Positions 24,920 through 38,070 of a stretch of DNA of 64,000 nt are shown one piece after another. The DNA is from Fimbriosthenelais zetlandica (taxonomy: Eukaryota): the NCBI GenBank assembly GCA_977030845.1, contig OZ365118.1, forward strand, positions 16,554,001 to 16,618,000, given 5' to 3'. Position numbers and translations under genes: made by a program. The notes beneath the pieces are model-generated. The model worked only from the letters and a program-made list of their open reading frames with translations. It was not told the DNA's origin and searched no databases. How positions within the stretch are numbered: position 1 is the stretch's first letter; every line of letters starts with the position of its first letter.

Positions 24920-26609
24920 TAATCCGTAGCTCTCTTCTTTGAGATGTTGAGAGTTGTCGGAGAAAAAATAGCCACCTCTCAGATATAATTGACTCATCAT
25001 ATGACAAAAAGAGAGAATGGGTAAATCTCACCACACCCCTCATCAAGATAGAAATATGTACATACCCCCTCCCTCCATATATTCCCAGGCATCTTCTATT
25101 AAATCTTATAATATAATATATGGACGCAGATCTGATAGGAATTTCTCTGAAGGAAAGAATAGTATTTTTGGGTAAATTTCATGTCGGTCCTGTTTGACTC
25201 TGAAGTTAGTTATTAAGTGATCTTTTTTATTGTGAATATATTTGTATTTGGAATGTAAATGGAGTTGGACCCTGGTAGACCTACTCTGGGCTAATATTCT
25301 CATAGAGCAAGCCCAGGATTTTGTATCTGAAACAGGACCTGATGAGATCCTGCTCTATGTTTGTATTATTACAATGGCCCTTCCTTTGAACGATTTATGA
25401 AAAGAAATACATCCTTGATTCTAATCATAATTTGCTTATTCAGCGAAGATAAGCGACAAAAGTATGTATCTTATTCAAAATCCTTGATTGTAGACATAAT
25501 TTGCTTATTTAGCAAAGTTAAGCACCAAAAGTATTTCTCTCATTCATAATATATTGATATATTAATTTAATGAAGATATAGCTGACATATACTGATATAG
25601 CTTTAAATTCAAATCCATCCATCCACCATTTAATCTCATGTGAAAATACATTAGAAATTCCATACGCCCCAACCACCGATTTTTAATAGGGAGGTCCAAC
25701 AGTCAGGTCTTTAAGGCCCGATTTAGTGACAATCCATTTTATTTGTAACAAGTGTGGCTGGGTCCATTTATCCCTGAAGTAAGGATCTGTGATAGGCTAG
25801 TTGACATCTCTATGCCCTCGTGTCTTTTCATGTGGTTGGATGTGGAGCCCTGGCATTCCGACACAGACAAGTGCAAAGTGTGCCACCACCACCACCTCCA
25901 CCACCGCTAACAGATTTTTTTTTTTACTTATCTATAATTCTAGCTTTCTCAAATTCTCCCCTCCATTCACATAGAAGGCAGAAGAAAACTGATACGTCCA
26001 ATTTTTCCCTCTACTCTCTCTATTTTATTTTGTGATATTATTTTGAGATTTTCGAAATTTCACCCACCCACACCCACACCTCCCACCCACACCCACACCT
26101 CCACCTCCTAGTGGTAACTAGTCCTCCAGCCAGGTAATTACCTGTTTGTAAAACCACCTGTGGCCATCCTTACTTCAAAGACCCATGAGCCGCGGCCAGG
26201 TGGAGGTGTGGGAGGCCGCCTCCCCTAGATACCTGGACAAGGTGAAGAAATCACTCCACCAACCAGGGGGTCACTATTTTACTCTAAAATATACATATCT
26301 GTTAAATCCAGGGGGAAATTATTGTCCCATATATGATGATCCCCCCGTTTATTTCCCTCCAAAATGCCATGGATCTCTTGTGCTTGGACACCGAAAATGA
26401 CTGTCCCATTTACATACCTAGAACTTCCACGATGCCTTTAAAAATATATCCAAGCTTTATTCATTATTTGAAATTTGAAATATAAAACTTGTAGAGTAAC
26501 CCCCTGTAACCTGAGGTGAGCTTTTAACGTGGAGGGTCCATCTGGTCATGGAGACATTGGCCTTCACCTATAATTCACCCCCTACCTTATCTACCTCTCT
26601 ACCTACAGG

Positions 26610-26940
26610 CTAGAGGAGGGAGAGAAGGAGAAGGAGAGAGGGATATACTACAGTAGAGAGAGGGAGAAGTGAGGGGGAGAGGGAGAGGGGGGGGGGGGGG
26701 GGTGAGAAGAGAGGGGGAGATACTACAGTAGACTCCAGGAAAGAGTGAGTGAGAGAGAGGGAGAGAGTGTGGGGGAGAGAGGGAGTACAAGATATGAAAA
26801 TAAAGATAGGTCGACATGTATATTCAAGACAGATGCATATGGGATTAGCAAACATATGTACAAGGAGACAGAGACGAGATAGAGAGAAGACAGAAAGTAG
26901 AAAAGATCAGGAGAAAGACAGAATGGGAGGTAGGTAGGAG
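26610..26940. repeat. GA-rich tract with poly-G and duplicated TACTACAGTAGA
   Basis: Direct inspection of the sequence. Confidence 0.85.
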
Positions 26941-28750
26941 AGGTGGCTGGCTGTCCATGGCTGGAGGCTTATCTGATAATGGCCATAAGCAGGCGGCATG
27001 TGATGATTGAGGGGGGCAGGTCGCCAAGTCCTGCCCTCCCCTCTTGTTGATGATCCATCATTAGGCCTCTCACCTACAGCCAAAAAACACTTGTGTACAT
27101 TTAGGCCCTGCGACTATCTTCTCCCGGACAAGTTTTCTTTTGCTTTTAGTTTTTGTCTCAAAATTTTATTTTTTACTTTTGAAAAGTTTCTTCCTTCAGC
27201 GGTATGTGTCTGAAGTACTTTTGGTATAGTTTTTAGTTTACAATTTACTACTTAAGTCACGCCCTTGGTGTATCATATAAGGTATCAATAGTATCCCTGA
27301 CTTTGAATTCAAAAAATGATCAAAACCAACCCCTGATCAATACGAATTTTTACGTCCAAAATCGTCTCAGGAAGGCTAGTATTTAAGATCAAATAAAGAA
27401 GAATTCAAAAGAATCTAAAAAGAAATTGATGCCCCCTTTTGGACTCATTTTCACTTCGCACCTCAGATTTAGTGGTGTATATTTTTGTGCCTGGATTATA
27501 GCAGGCCAGGCATTATAAATGACCTGATACACCAGCTTAATCCGCGCCTCACATGGTGTGTGTATATCATAGTGTGTATACATGTAGTCATTAAGTTGAA
27601 CGTCCAATATTGACACCACCATTGTAATAATGCTATGTGGTTTGGAATCGTACTAAGTGTAAACAGTCGGCCTGTGTGAAATATAGATGGGTGGGCGAGG
27701 TGGGCATAAATTACTGCATCCTATATATTGATACTGGTACTCATAAATAACTCGTCACTTTCTTATATATCACTTAATTAACTAGACAAAAGAATTAATA
27801 AATTATTCAAAATTCAAGATTGATGTGGCATATTATAGGCATATATTATTTAGTTATTTTATATGCGTAATTTCAGGAATATACAGAGTTTCAGGAAATC
27901 ATATAGATTTATATAGGCCTACCTAATTTTAGCAAATAGAAGTTATTATATTTAGACCGATGTTTCCTCCTAGTCCTCATATAGTTTAAAAAATTGTTGA
28001 ATGGACGTTACCCAAATATTCATACATTGTTAACATATTTAGAATTTTCCTGTGACATCTCTAGTGTTTTGTCATGTATTTTCCTTCGTCATCCTTGTGC
28101 AAGAATGATGTGTAGAATTGAGACATTCAGGCTTGGGTGCTTGCTTCCTCCACTTCCGATTATGTTTCAAGATCCTTCCGATCCACACCCCTCTCCTACC
28201 GGACGCTTCCTTGAAAAGTTTAGAAATAACTTGTGCAGGCGCCCAAAGTAGGTCTTGTCAGAGGACCCGCGCTAGCAAAATATTATGTCGAGGCGAGGTC
28301 AAAATATTTAGGACCTCACATTCTTGCCTTCTCAATAATGTGCTTTGGGAACATTTGGAGAGGGGCTAGGATGAGAATGCATAATATGTGTACAAGTATA
28401 GGAAGGAACTCTCATGTGTGGGGTATATTTTCCTTGATATTCCCAAAAGTTCTGTGAAATTAAAATGTGTCATTGCCTCCCACTGTAGAAAATTGGGTCC
28501 TCAAAATATATACTGGAATTTAAGGGCTTACTCAGGGAAAAATCAAATAAAAGTCAGGGAATTCTGTTTTCATGAACTGATGGGAACCATGTCATAGATA
28601 TGGCTTTTGGTTAGTCCCAAAGGTGGTCGCTTTAGCGGGGGTTCACTATACCCGACACTGAAAGTTGTCACTTTAATGAATAAATATAGGACCCTTAAGA
28701 TCTTTGAGTATTTTTTTAAAGTTTTATCAATTATTTGTTGTTTTTTTCAG

Positions 28751-28907
28751 GAGGCAGGGCAGGAGAGTGAAATACGCGCCATCACCAAAGTTGAGCAGAC
28801 TCAGCGAGAACTACGCTTCCTTAGCTTCGCGTCAGTAGAATATGAAGGCCAGGTCTACATGACCCCACAAGACTTCCTAGAATCAGTCATGGAGGAAGTG
28901 CCCAGAC
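28751..28907 (+). CDS. MICU3: Calcium uptake protein, mitochondrial (MICU2/MICU3 pro-orthologue), exon 2
   Basis: Encodes EAGQESEIRAITKVEQTQRELRFLSFASVEYEGQVYMTPQDFLESVMEEVPR, matching the MICU2/3 hallmark RF..FASVEY.GQ.YMTPQDFL.SV. Flanked by a tttttttcag acceptor and a C|GTGAGT phase-1 donor; 157 nt. Confidence 0.93.
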
Positions 28908-31900
28908 GTGAGTGCCTTATCCCCATTTAAATTCCCTAATTTTGGAGGAGTTTCAGCAAATGTCCTCATCATTTTTCTTGAAGTATTTCTTATGTTCTTG
29001 AAGTATTTCTTACGTTCTCGCAAAATGTATTATATGACGGCCCATCTAAAGCCAATACTTTGTATACATTGTACTGGGAAACATGTATGATGTGTCGGTC
29101 CCTTGATGATCCAGACCTGTCGACTACATACTGGACTATCCCCCTATACACCTCTCCAGGGTGATGCAGTGTCCTTCTCCTGTCCCTTTTTTTCTGTCCC
29201 TGTGATGCGGTTTCCGTTTTTACCTTCCTCCTCCCGACAATGTATACAAAATCTCAGTGTTGTAAATCAAAACCAGTCAGTGAAATGGTAAGGTTGATGT
29301 CTGGGTAAGTTATGTCATAAACTCTCCTTACATCAAGCCATGTATAAAGAGTTTATAATATATATACCGGGAGCTGCTCCTTCTGATGGGGAGAGCAGTA
29401 TCCAGCTCCTCAGCCCCAGCCGAGCTGCTCATGGACTCGTTCTCAGACAAGATTTACGTAAGTAAGGAGCTAAAGATCCTAGTTGGGGGTTACATTGTCC
29501 GTTTTTTAAAGTTTGAGTTAGGGGGGAAGTTTTGAGATGTTATTGGGAAATTTGGAGATGGTTTGTTGAAACTTGCCTTGTCATTTTGACATTTTTAATG
29601 TTGATTTGATGTTGATTTGATTTGAGTTGATGTTGATTTGAAATGCCTTGACAACTTGAACCTATGTATAGGTTATACTCCGATCATCCAATAATGCTAT
29701 GCGCCTTGGAGAAATAAAATAAATAAAATAAAATAAATTAAATATATTATGGAGATAAATGCAATGAAATATAAGTCTGGAGAAAATAGACTGCCATAGA
29801 TTTGACGCCTTCAAAAATTGCCTGGAAAATTAGAGAAGAATTGATTTTTTTAGGCTGTGAGTTGAGAGATGAGTATTTGGATTGTGAGCATGGACAAATC
29901 CATGAGCATGATGGGACGGGAGATGGCAGTTGTGAATGAGGGTGACAGAGTCCAGCTTACCATTCTTGTTTATGACCAACTAACCTGTCTCCAAGCCTGC
30001 CTGAGTGACAAACCCCCCACCCCCACCCCCACCCACAGTCCCACACTCCACCCCAAGTCACAAACCACCCCCCACGATAGAAGCGTTTATAGACTTATAT
30101 CACGGCTCCTTTTAAACAAGTGGATCTCTCTCTGTAAACCAGACGAGCAGAGATTATGCCAAGAATGCCGTTTATTCTACCGCTGTCTTCAAAAACGCCT
30201 CCAAAACACCGACAGTGTTAATCAGCTCTCGCCAAATTCTCTTGTTGATCGCACCACTCCACTTCTGCCAATTCCCAGTGGTGCGTCTCGTAATATATTA
30301 ACTATAATTGGTTTTTAAACGGTGATAATTTCTCATTTGCTTTTAAGTGTACTTATAAAGATTTGAGCCCAAATACGTGGCCATATATAGACCAATTTCA
30401 AATATTCTGATGCGCAAAAATCGCCAGACTTTTTTATGTTATTGCAATTACTGCCTAAGATGTTGCACTGAAATTACGATGAGAGCTTTCCAAATCAGGT
30501 GTCTGTTTCATAATTCTGCGCTACATTACCTCGCAGTAAACACATCTTATTTCTGAAATGGCCCCCTGTAGGCTTTAAAGTATATTTGGCTGTAGGGATT
30601 TCCCTCTCTCTCTCCTTGGTTCAGGCATGTATATCTTGTATTCTTTTTCCCATTGCGTCTGCAGTATAGACATACTGTATAAACTACCCATGGCCGGGCT
30701 GTTGTTTTTGATAGGCGCACATATAGATATGAAGATACACATATAGGAGGAGTTTTTCCTGGCTGGGATCCATGCCAAGACGCATGTCACCCAGGCTAGA
30801 GGTAACACTGTCCATTGGCTGAAGCCAAGCGACGGCCCTGTCCTCTCCCCCAGCGAACACGCCATAAAACACGCCGGCTAATTTGTTTTACTTCTAGCCC
30901 ACTCTTGACTGTTTGTCTGCGCGATGAGCTTTGTGTATATGACCCTGACCCCCCACAACAACATAGCACATAATTCCCTGGATAAACTCCACTGTCCTCC
31001 CTGTATATATATCAACTGAGGCGAGGGATTGAAATGTTCCAAGTGTCCCAAACCTACATGGTTAAATATAGGCAAGAGAAAGGGTCACCCTACTCCTGGC
31101 TCTGAATTCTCTCTTCCTCGAGACATTCTCTCGAATTATTCCTCTCTTCAAACCTAAGAGGAAATATCAAAGAGGAATTGATCAATTAGAAACTCCCCAA
31201 ATTTGACAATGAAATCCCCAGATTTATTCCTTTAAATTCTAGTAAAATTTAGTTACTCATAAGTCCTCTCCGTTCATTTTTTATGCACTTTTCAACACCT
31301 GTTATCTTTATTCCCTATCTAGTGAAAACTACAAGGATAACTTGGCCTAAATATATTAAGATTAGTAAGAAAAAATTAAGAAGGAAACTGAGGTGTCATG
31401 AGGGAATTGTTGGCTCGGGTTCAAGTAGACTTTAATGTCTCATCTTAGGTCGGACTTCCCCAAATCCAGCACATCTCCTTTTGACAAAGGCACATTAGTT
31501 TAACACTTCCATCTTGAATTTGTGACTTATATTTCTTGGACGCTTTTCAAGATGATAAGTGAAAAAGTGAATGCGAATATCACAGACCTTATTAAGATCT
31601 AATTCATTATACGAATAAAATTCCCGTATATGAATTTCTTTATTGAAATAAGGACAAATAACCTTACTCATTTGACTTAGTATAATAAGGCTTGTGTAAG
31701 AATAATTTCATTCATGTATTCAAGCACTAATGCCAAATATAGGTTCAGTATGACCCCTTAGGTCCGGAATTCGGTACCAAAACATCCCACATTCTCTTAG
31801 TTAATCCAAGACAATGGAACAATCCGCCTTCCCTTATCCATCCAAAATAACCCTATGTTATTTTAAAAACGTAATCATCCCAATAGACAGTCATTCTGGA

Positions 31901-32756
31901 ACAATTGATTTCTTAGAATGATCTCAAAAGTCGGATATAGACTTAATTATTCCATTTGGGGATCAGTTCTCTGCCACCCCCGAGTTCTCACTGTCTAAAT
32001 GTGAGGTACATGTACTAAAGTTCCCTCTCGGCATTGTTTGTAAGGAAGTATCACTTGTGTCACATGCACATTAATGCATCTTGAAGCATCCTTCAGGCCC
32101 ACGCATGTAAACATGGTCAAAGAATAGGTCAGCCTATACTTTCTCACTTCTCAGCAAGTGCGCTAACAGAAACTCAGATAAAATGCCAGCATTTTATGAC
32201 AATTTTCCTTATACAATACCCTGAAATAATTTCACAAATGATTCTGAAATTAAACCAAAATGTCTTGACTACTATAACAGAAATTACTTGAAGTACCAAG
32301 ACTAACAATTGGTTCCAATGCCCATTGAGCAAATTGAATGCCCATTTGACCTTACATTCCTCGCAATATATTCATTGTTTGACGATTTTGTGTGGTCAAA
32401 ATTACAAAAAATGCCCTGGTTTCATTTTCGATTATCACTCAGTTATCATGACATGTATAGGACCTTTATATTGGTGAACCATCCATTGACCCGTGCGGTG
32501 ACTCCTTTCTTCCGTACTCCCATCCTTCCATCCGCCTATTAGTAATTGTCTATTATGTAGGTGTAGGTGTACTGAAGAACCTCTAGGAAACCTACATCAT
32601 GATCATGCATTCTATTTACATGTATTCACTCTCTTACCTCTTAGGCAATATGTGTAGGAGTATCTGGGACTGTTCCATAAAAATAATATCCCATAGATTT
32701 AACTTTGGCTGACACTGTAATGCAACTTCCCCCAACCGTTAAATTATAAATCAATT

Positions 32757-32851
32757 GGGGCCATTTCATAAGAAAAATCTGTCAATAGATAATTGGTTAT
32801 GTCTTTGAACAATGACTTACGTGTGGCGCATCTTTGTTATGAGATGGCCCC
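32757..32851. mobile_element. Small MITE, same GGGGCC family
   Basis: Left end GGGGCCATTTCATAA versus right-end reverse complement GGGGCCATCTCATAA (14/15 match). Confidence 0.6.
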
Positions 32852-33679
32852 CTCATTGAGTAAGTCCCTCACTTGTCGTCACTCTAATGGAAAAGCACTC
32901 CATCCAATGGCACAGTTATGTGCCCCTCTTCAGGCACCGCAATAAGGCACCCAAAGCCCTTCTTTATATACATTTTACGTGTTTATATTTTGTCACTGTG
33001 GACATCTTTGTGTATGTGCCTTTCTGGGTCAATTTCAGGGTTAACCAAGGGGGAAATCCTCAATATCCCGGGTGGTTCTCCTTCCATTATTAGACCGACC
33101 ATGGTTTGTTTATCTCCCGAGGACCACAGGGCTGGGGCTAGTCTGTTACTCAGAAGGATAGAAGATTGACAAGCCATTCAGATCTATACTCCAAATCCTT
33201 ATAGATCTACAACACTATGACTTGAATATCATGTTCGAAGATTTTATTTAAAGAAGAAATTAAATTGAAAAGATGTATGTCAAAAAACAGAACCCCAGTA
33301 TGATTAGGAACGTTTTTGATAAACTGTGACAAATAGAAAGAGCAGATTCATGAACCAATATCACAATTGTCACTGTTGACAAACCATGTCTGCGTTTGAA
33401 TCTTTAAAAAAAAGCAAATTAGTCAAACTAAGCAATTGAAGATTGGGTGTGGAGATGATGATGTTTTCACCAGGTAATCTGTAGACTAGCATGTGAAGGC
33501 CGGGTGGAGAGAGCAGTCAGGGCCTGGTACCTGACACTGTGAGCTGCTCATAAACTGCTCACCCAGACCATGAGGTGACATGGAGAGAGAGCCACAAAGT
33601 CATAAACCCACACCTGAAGCTCATACCCAATTAAATGACTGCAAGTCAGACCATGTCTACTGAATAAAACACTCACTCA

Positions 33680-33790
33680 TACTGTCAGTCAGACAGTCAA
33701 GACTGCCAGTCAGTCACTCGGTCAGGACTGCCAGTCAGATAATCAGACAGGACTGCCAGACAGTCAGTCGCACAATCGCTCATACATTCC
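33680..33790. repeat. Degenerate (CAGT/CAGA)n repeat with GACTGCCAG units
   Basis: Three GACTGCCAG units among CAGT repeats. Confidence 0.65.
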
Positions 33791-36700
33791 ATCACTCTCT
33801 CACTGTGTTGATCGCTCACTGTCTTGCTCACTCACTCACTGTCTTGCTTGAAGTGGCATTTAAAGAACTGACCTCACAAGCTCTTGCATAGCTCTGATCA
33901 TGGCTTATTTGCCATCTTTTAATGCATATTATTTTTCTCAGAATTTGAAAAAATAAAACGCAGGAAACTTTCCTGAGAAATCCATTCAAGTGTATACCCC
34001 AGAAACTTCTCACCTTGCCCTCATGAAACAATGCATTTGATTCTTTACCAAACATAAACCTTGAGAAGGGATCTTTGCTTCTAAGAAATGAGCTGAGATT
34101 GTCAGCTTTAGATAGTGCATGGCGGAGCTTCATCCTGACTGTGGTAAGTAAGCTGGTGGAGGGGGGATAGGGGGGTCCATGAAGCGGCGGCAGTGTCAAG
34201 AGCAAGTGGATAACTGGCTAGCGGCCAAGGAACACACCAAGTGCTGGTTTTTACCACCTCCATGCCTCAGCCTTGGTTTATAAAGTGAGACTAGAGGAGG
34301 GCACCAGATGGTGCATTCTAATTGATATGTTTCACTGAGGCCATGACACCGCCTTTGGGAACCCCAACATTCTTTGCCACCACTACCCCCACCCCCACCC
34401 CCCACCCCTTCTCCATTGATCCCCCACAATGCCGGGGTCATGTATACACCCATGTATTTAACATCTAACCCTCCTCCCCATTCCTGATCTCTTGTTTTTA
34501 TTGGAGCGATATGATTCCCTCTCCGACTCGTTCCCTGGTTATGATCTATCGGGGGAGCTGCTCCTTGAGGAATTGCGCTGAACCAATTGTGGGAATGAAT
34601 GCGTTTGATTGCTCTACCCCACTGGTATATATCAGCCGAATACATAATAATAATCCTCCCCGAGCTTTCCTAATCTCAGCTCAACTTAATCCTATAGTGC
34701 TGGATATATACACCCCTTCCACCAGTAGAGATTAGAGATTCCCATATATACAGGCATGAGCAATACAATAAAATAACGCATCCCAATGTTCATCTTCATC
34801 CTATATAATACACTCTTTTAATGGATTAATTCCTGTTAAACTATGGTACAAATACTACATTACCATTTAACGCTTGTCCTTTAGGAGATATGTGATCAAT
34901 TCTAGAATTGGTCGTTAATAAAAAAAAACCCAATATTCCATGTGACCATTCATTTTAGAGTATTAATAATGCGACTATTATTACTGACAAATGAGTATTT
35001 TATTTGAGAGCATATAATAGTGGTGTATCTGTGGTGATCTCTGGAGGGTAAGGGGAGACGGAGAGGGTGGTATTTGTTGTTCCAGATGGGCCAGGCCTAG
35101 TTTGATACCTTGAGTTGCTCAAGAGGCCCTCGAGACAGCCAGGCCCTGTCTGTGTGAGACGCTCCCTCTATACCAGTGTCACACGTGTGTGTATCCCCAC
35201 CCAAAACTACCATCCACCCTCCATACCCAACAAAATCATTCCAACTACTCAAAATCCCCATCCTTCTACCCTATCTGCCCTTAAATCTTCAACCCTATTG
35301 TATACTATATGCCCATAAAATTTCTAACATACTCTACAACAAATGCACTTAATATTTCTTCGCTATGCCCATAAAATATTTCCACTAATATTCCCATGAA
35401 CATTCCTTTTTGGATGTTCCCTTGGTAACATATTTGTTCAGAAATAGTAAGAAAATGCAATGACAGTATATTGTTGTCAATGTAAAATTATATTTTCAAT
35501 ATTTCAGGTTTATACCTACCATGCCTTGAAACATTATGTTGGCCTGTTAGAAATACGCCTCGTTGAAGAAACTTAAGTCGAGATAATAGGACAAAGTGGT
35601 GATTAAATTACTGAAAACAACTCCCATGAACCATTCATAAGTAACTTAGACCTTGACGCAGTTCTTGTCTCTGGGAAAATTAACTTGAGACATTGTCAAT
35701 TGGTGATTGCATTGTCTCCCTATATCTCCCATAGTCAATCATTCCAGTCTAGACGCCCTAGGTTTCTAGGATATACAACCATCCTAATCCGTGCTATCTA
35801 TTCATAAACTAAACCATTGTTACTGCCACCTCGTGCAACTTACTCATAATTTATTACTTCCATAAGTCATGTATGCTCTCCAGTCTGGCTCTGAGCATCC
35901 CACTTGTGTCCAGTTGCCCCACCTACCGCTGGCGAACCATTCGGAGAATTCTGCAACCCCCCAAGTAAGCATTGGCGAGAACGATTTATGGAACGTAGTG
36001 TAAACTTTGCACAGCTGCTTGGCTGTTTCTATAGACTTAGCTATTCTAGTAAGAAACCTGCACGTCTGGCTGGATCCAAATGAAGAGACCTTCGTAACGT
36101 TAACGGTTTTTTTTGCTCACAGTAGTTGCAGGCAGTCTCCCACTTACATGCTTCACATGGTCTCACATGTGATGCCATCATGCTGTAGATCCTATAGCCA
36201 TTCAACCCCTCATCCTACCCTTACCCCCCCCCCCCCACACACACTAGGGGTATGATCCATAGTATGGTCCAGAGATGAACTTTGACGCTCAAATAGGCCT
36301 TGTTTTTTTTGTCAAAATCTTGGACACTCCCACCCCAACCCTTTCAGAGATGTTACCCCTTCCAAAATCCTGAAACCACCCCAGTACCTCTCCCCAGTCT
36401 CTCCCTCCCTACCCCTCAGTATACCCTCCCACCCTTCCCTCCCTCTCTCCCACCCCACCCTTCCCACCCATGTCTCACTGTACTATGAATGTGTAGACCT
36501 GTTTGTCGTTCATTTCCTCTCCATCGTATTAGACCATTACCAAATGAAACCGAGCTATGATTGCCTCGAGTGACTGCACTGAATGGCTTCTTGGAAACCT
36601 CGGTACAATTCCAAACTGCCAAGCATTGATCAGAAAGTGCAATATTTGACTTTAGCTACAGAGACACCCCACTGTCTTAGCACATAACACTCATATTTTG

Positions 36701-37789
36701 ATCATATTTTGACAAATCTAACGTGGCTATTCAAGCAGAGATCCTGCAGACATTGTATATAAGCAGTGCCTATGTTAGATAGATACCCATCCAGGGCCCT
36801 ATCCCATCTCTTACCATCCCACCAACCAACCACCACCTACCACAGCTATCATAGAAACTTTAACAGACCAGTATATGATCCCCTGATACTTTACCCGACT
36901 CCCATTCTATTTCACCACTGAGCGCATTAGCCTGTTCTGTTTACTTTGATAGAAAATGAGAGGACGAGTGGCGAGAGCACTTAGTGACTCGTAAGAGCTG
37001 CTCTAGGGATCTGCTCGTCTCGGGGGCAAGATGGGAGGGCCACAGTTACCACTGTTGGAGGCAGACAAAAAGCCTGTACTCCTTGACCATAATCTAACTG
37101 AGTTAACAGCTTCACTCCCACCTCCCACCAATACCCCGAGCAGATCGTGGAATTTGCATTTTTGCCCCCTTTTGCTTTTTTTGCTCTCGCCAAAATCTTG
37201 ACTTTGTGTATTTAAGAACATTCTTTTCGCCGTGGAACTACGCCCGTTGGGTTTGGATATCTCCACTGTGGGTTGATTTGTCCTCTCATATATTTTCCTT
37301 GACACCGCTCCCAGTTCCCCTGCAATCATTTCTTTATGCCTTCGGCAGTGGTTTACTTAAAACAAGTGCCTGAAATGATGCATTTTGAATTGATATTGTG
37401 TTGCGGATCTGTCAGTGCCCCTCATATGAAGCCTTAGATTGCATCTCGTGCAACAAAAATCACCAAGGGTGTAAATGAGTTCTATACACAATGACTAAAC
37501 CGACCGCAAATATATTGAGAACTATTTTTTGCTTCATGCCAACCTGGCTAGACTTCTTAACTTGCTCAATATTTTGATTTTGAAAAAAAAGTCTTCTTCT
37601 GTCGGGAATAATATGATTATAGAGTTATGGAAGAGGTTGTATGGAAAAAGACCACCAGTCACCAGGCATGGAATTGACACTTTGCTTTTACCACTCGCTT
37701 CCGAGCCCCACCCACCGGCCTCTCCCGCAACCTCCCATCCACTCGCATTCTATCACGTCCCGCCAGACACAAATGCTACCCATGTCGTT

Positions 37790-38070
37790 TCTGCTACTTG
37801 GCCGTATCATTTCCTTCTCCTTCCTCCCTACCTTCTCTATAGACAATTTCTACTTCTCTTCCTTTATTTCTCCCTCTTTCCATTCTCTCTTTCTCTTCTC
37901 CTATTCATCCCTTCCTTTCTTTTCTTCTTCTCCATTTAGAAATCATCCTTCTTTTCCCATCCTCTTCTCATTTTCCTTCCATCTACATCCCTTGTCCTTT
38001 CCAATCTGGAATCTCCTTTCCTCTTTTCTTCTTCTTTTCCCTCTTCTGCTCCACTCATCCTCCTAATATT
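37790..38070. repeat. CT-rich pyrimidine tract
   Basis: Direct inspection; yields spurious S/F/L ORFs. Confidence 0.85.

Larger units (their letters stand above)
14416..28750 (+). other. MICU intron 1 (14.3 kb)
   Basis: GT at 14416, ends TTTTTTTCAG at 28750; phase 0 joins exon 1 and exon 2 in frame. Confidence 0.7.

Noticed and set aside
33942-33976. Acceptor followed by QFEKIKRRKLS, resembling RLKRRQLS of insect MICU3
   Set aside because: Immediately followed by TGA with no donor; Lys-rich text is expected in A-rich DNA.
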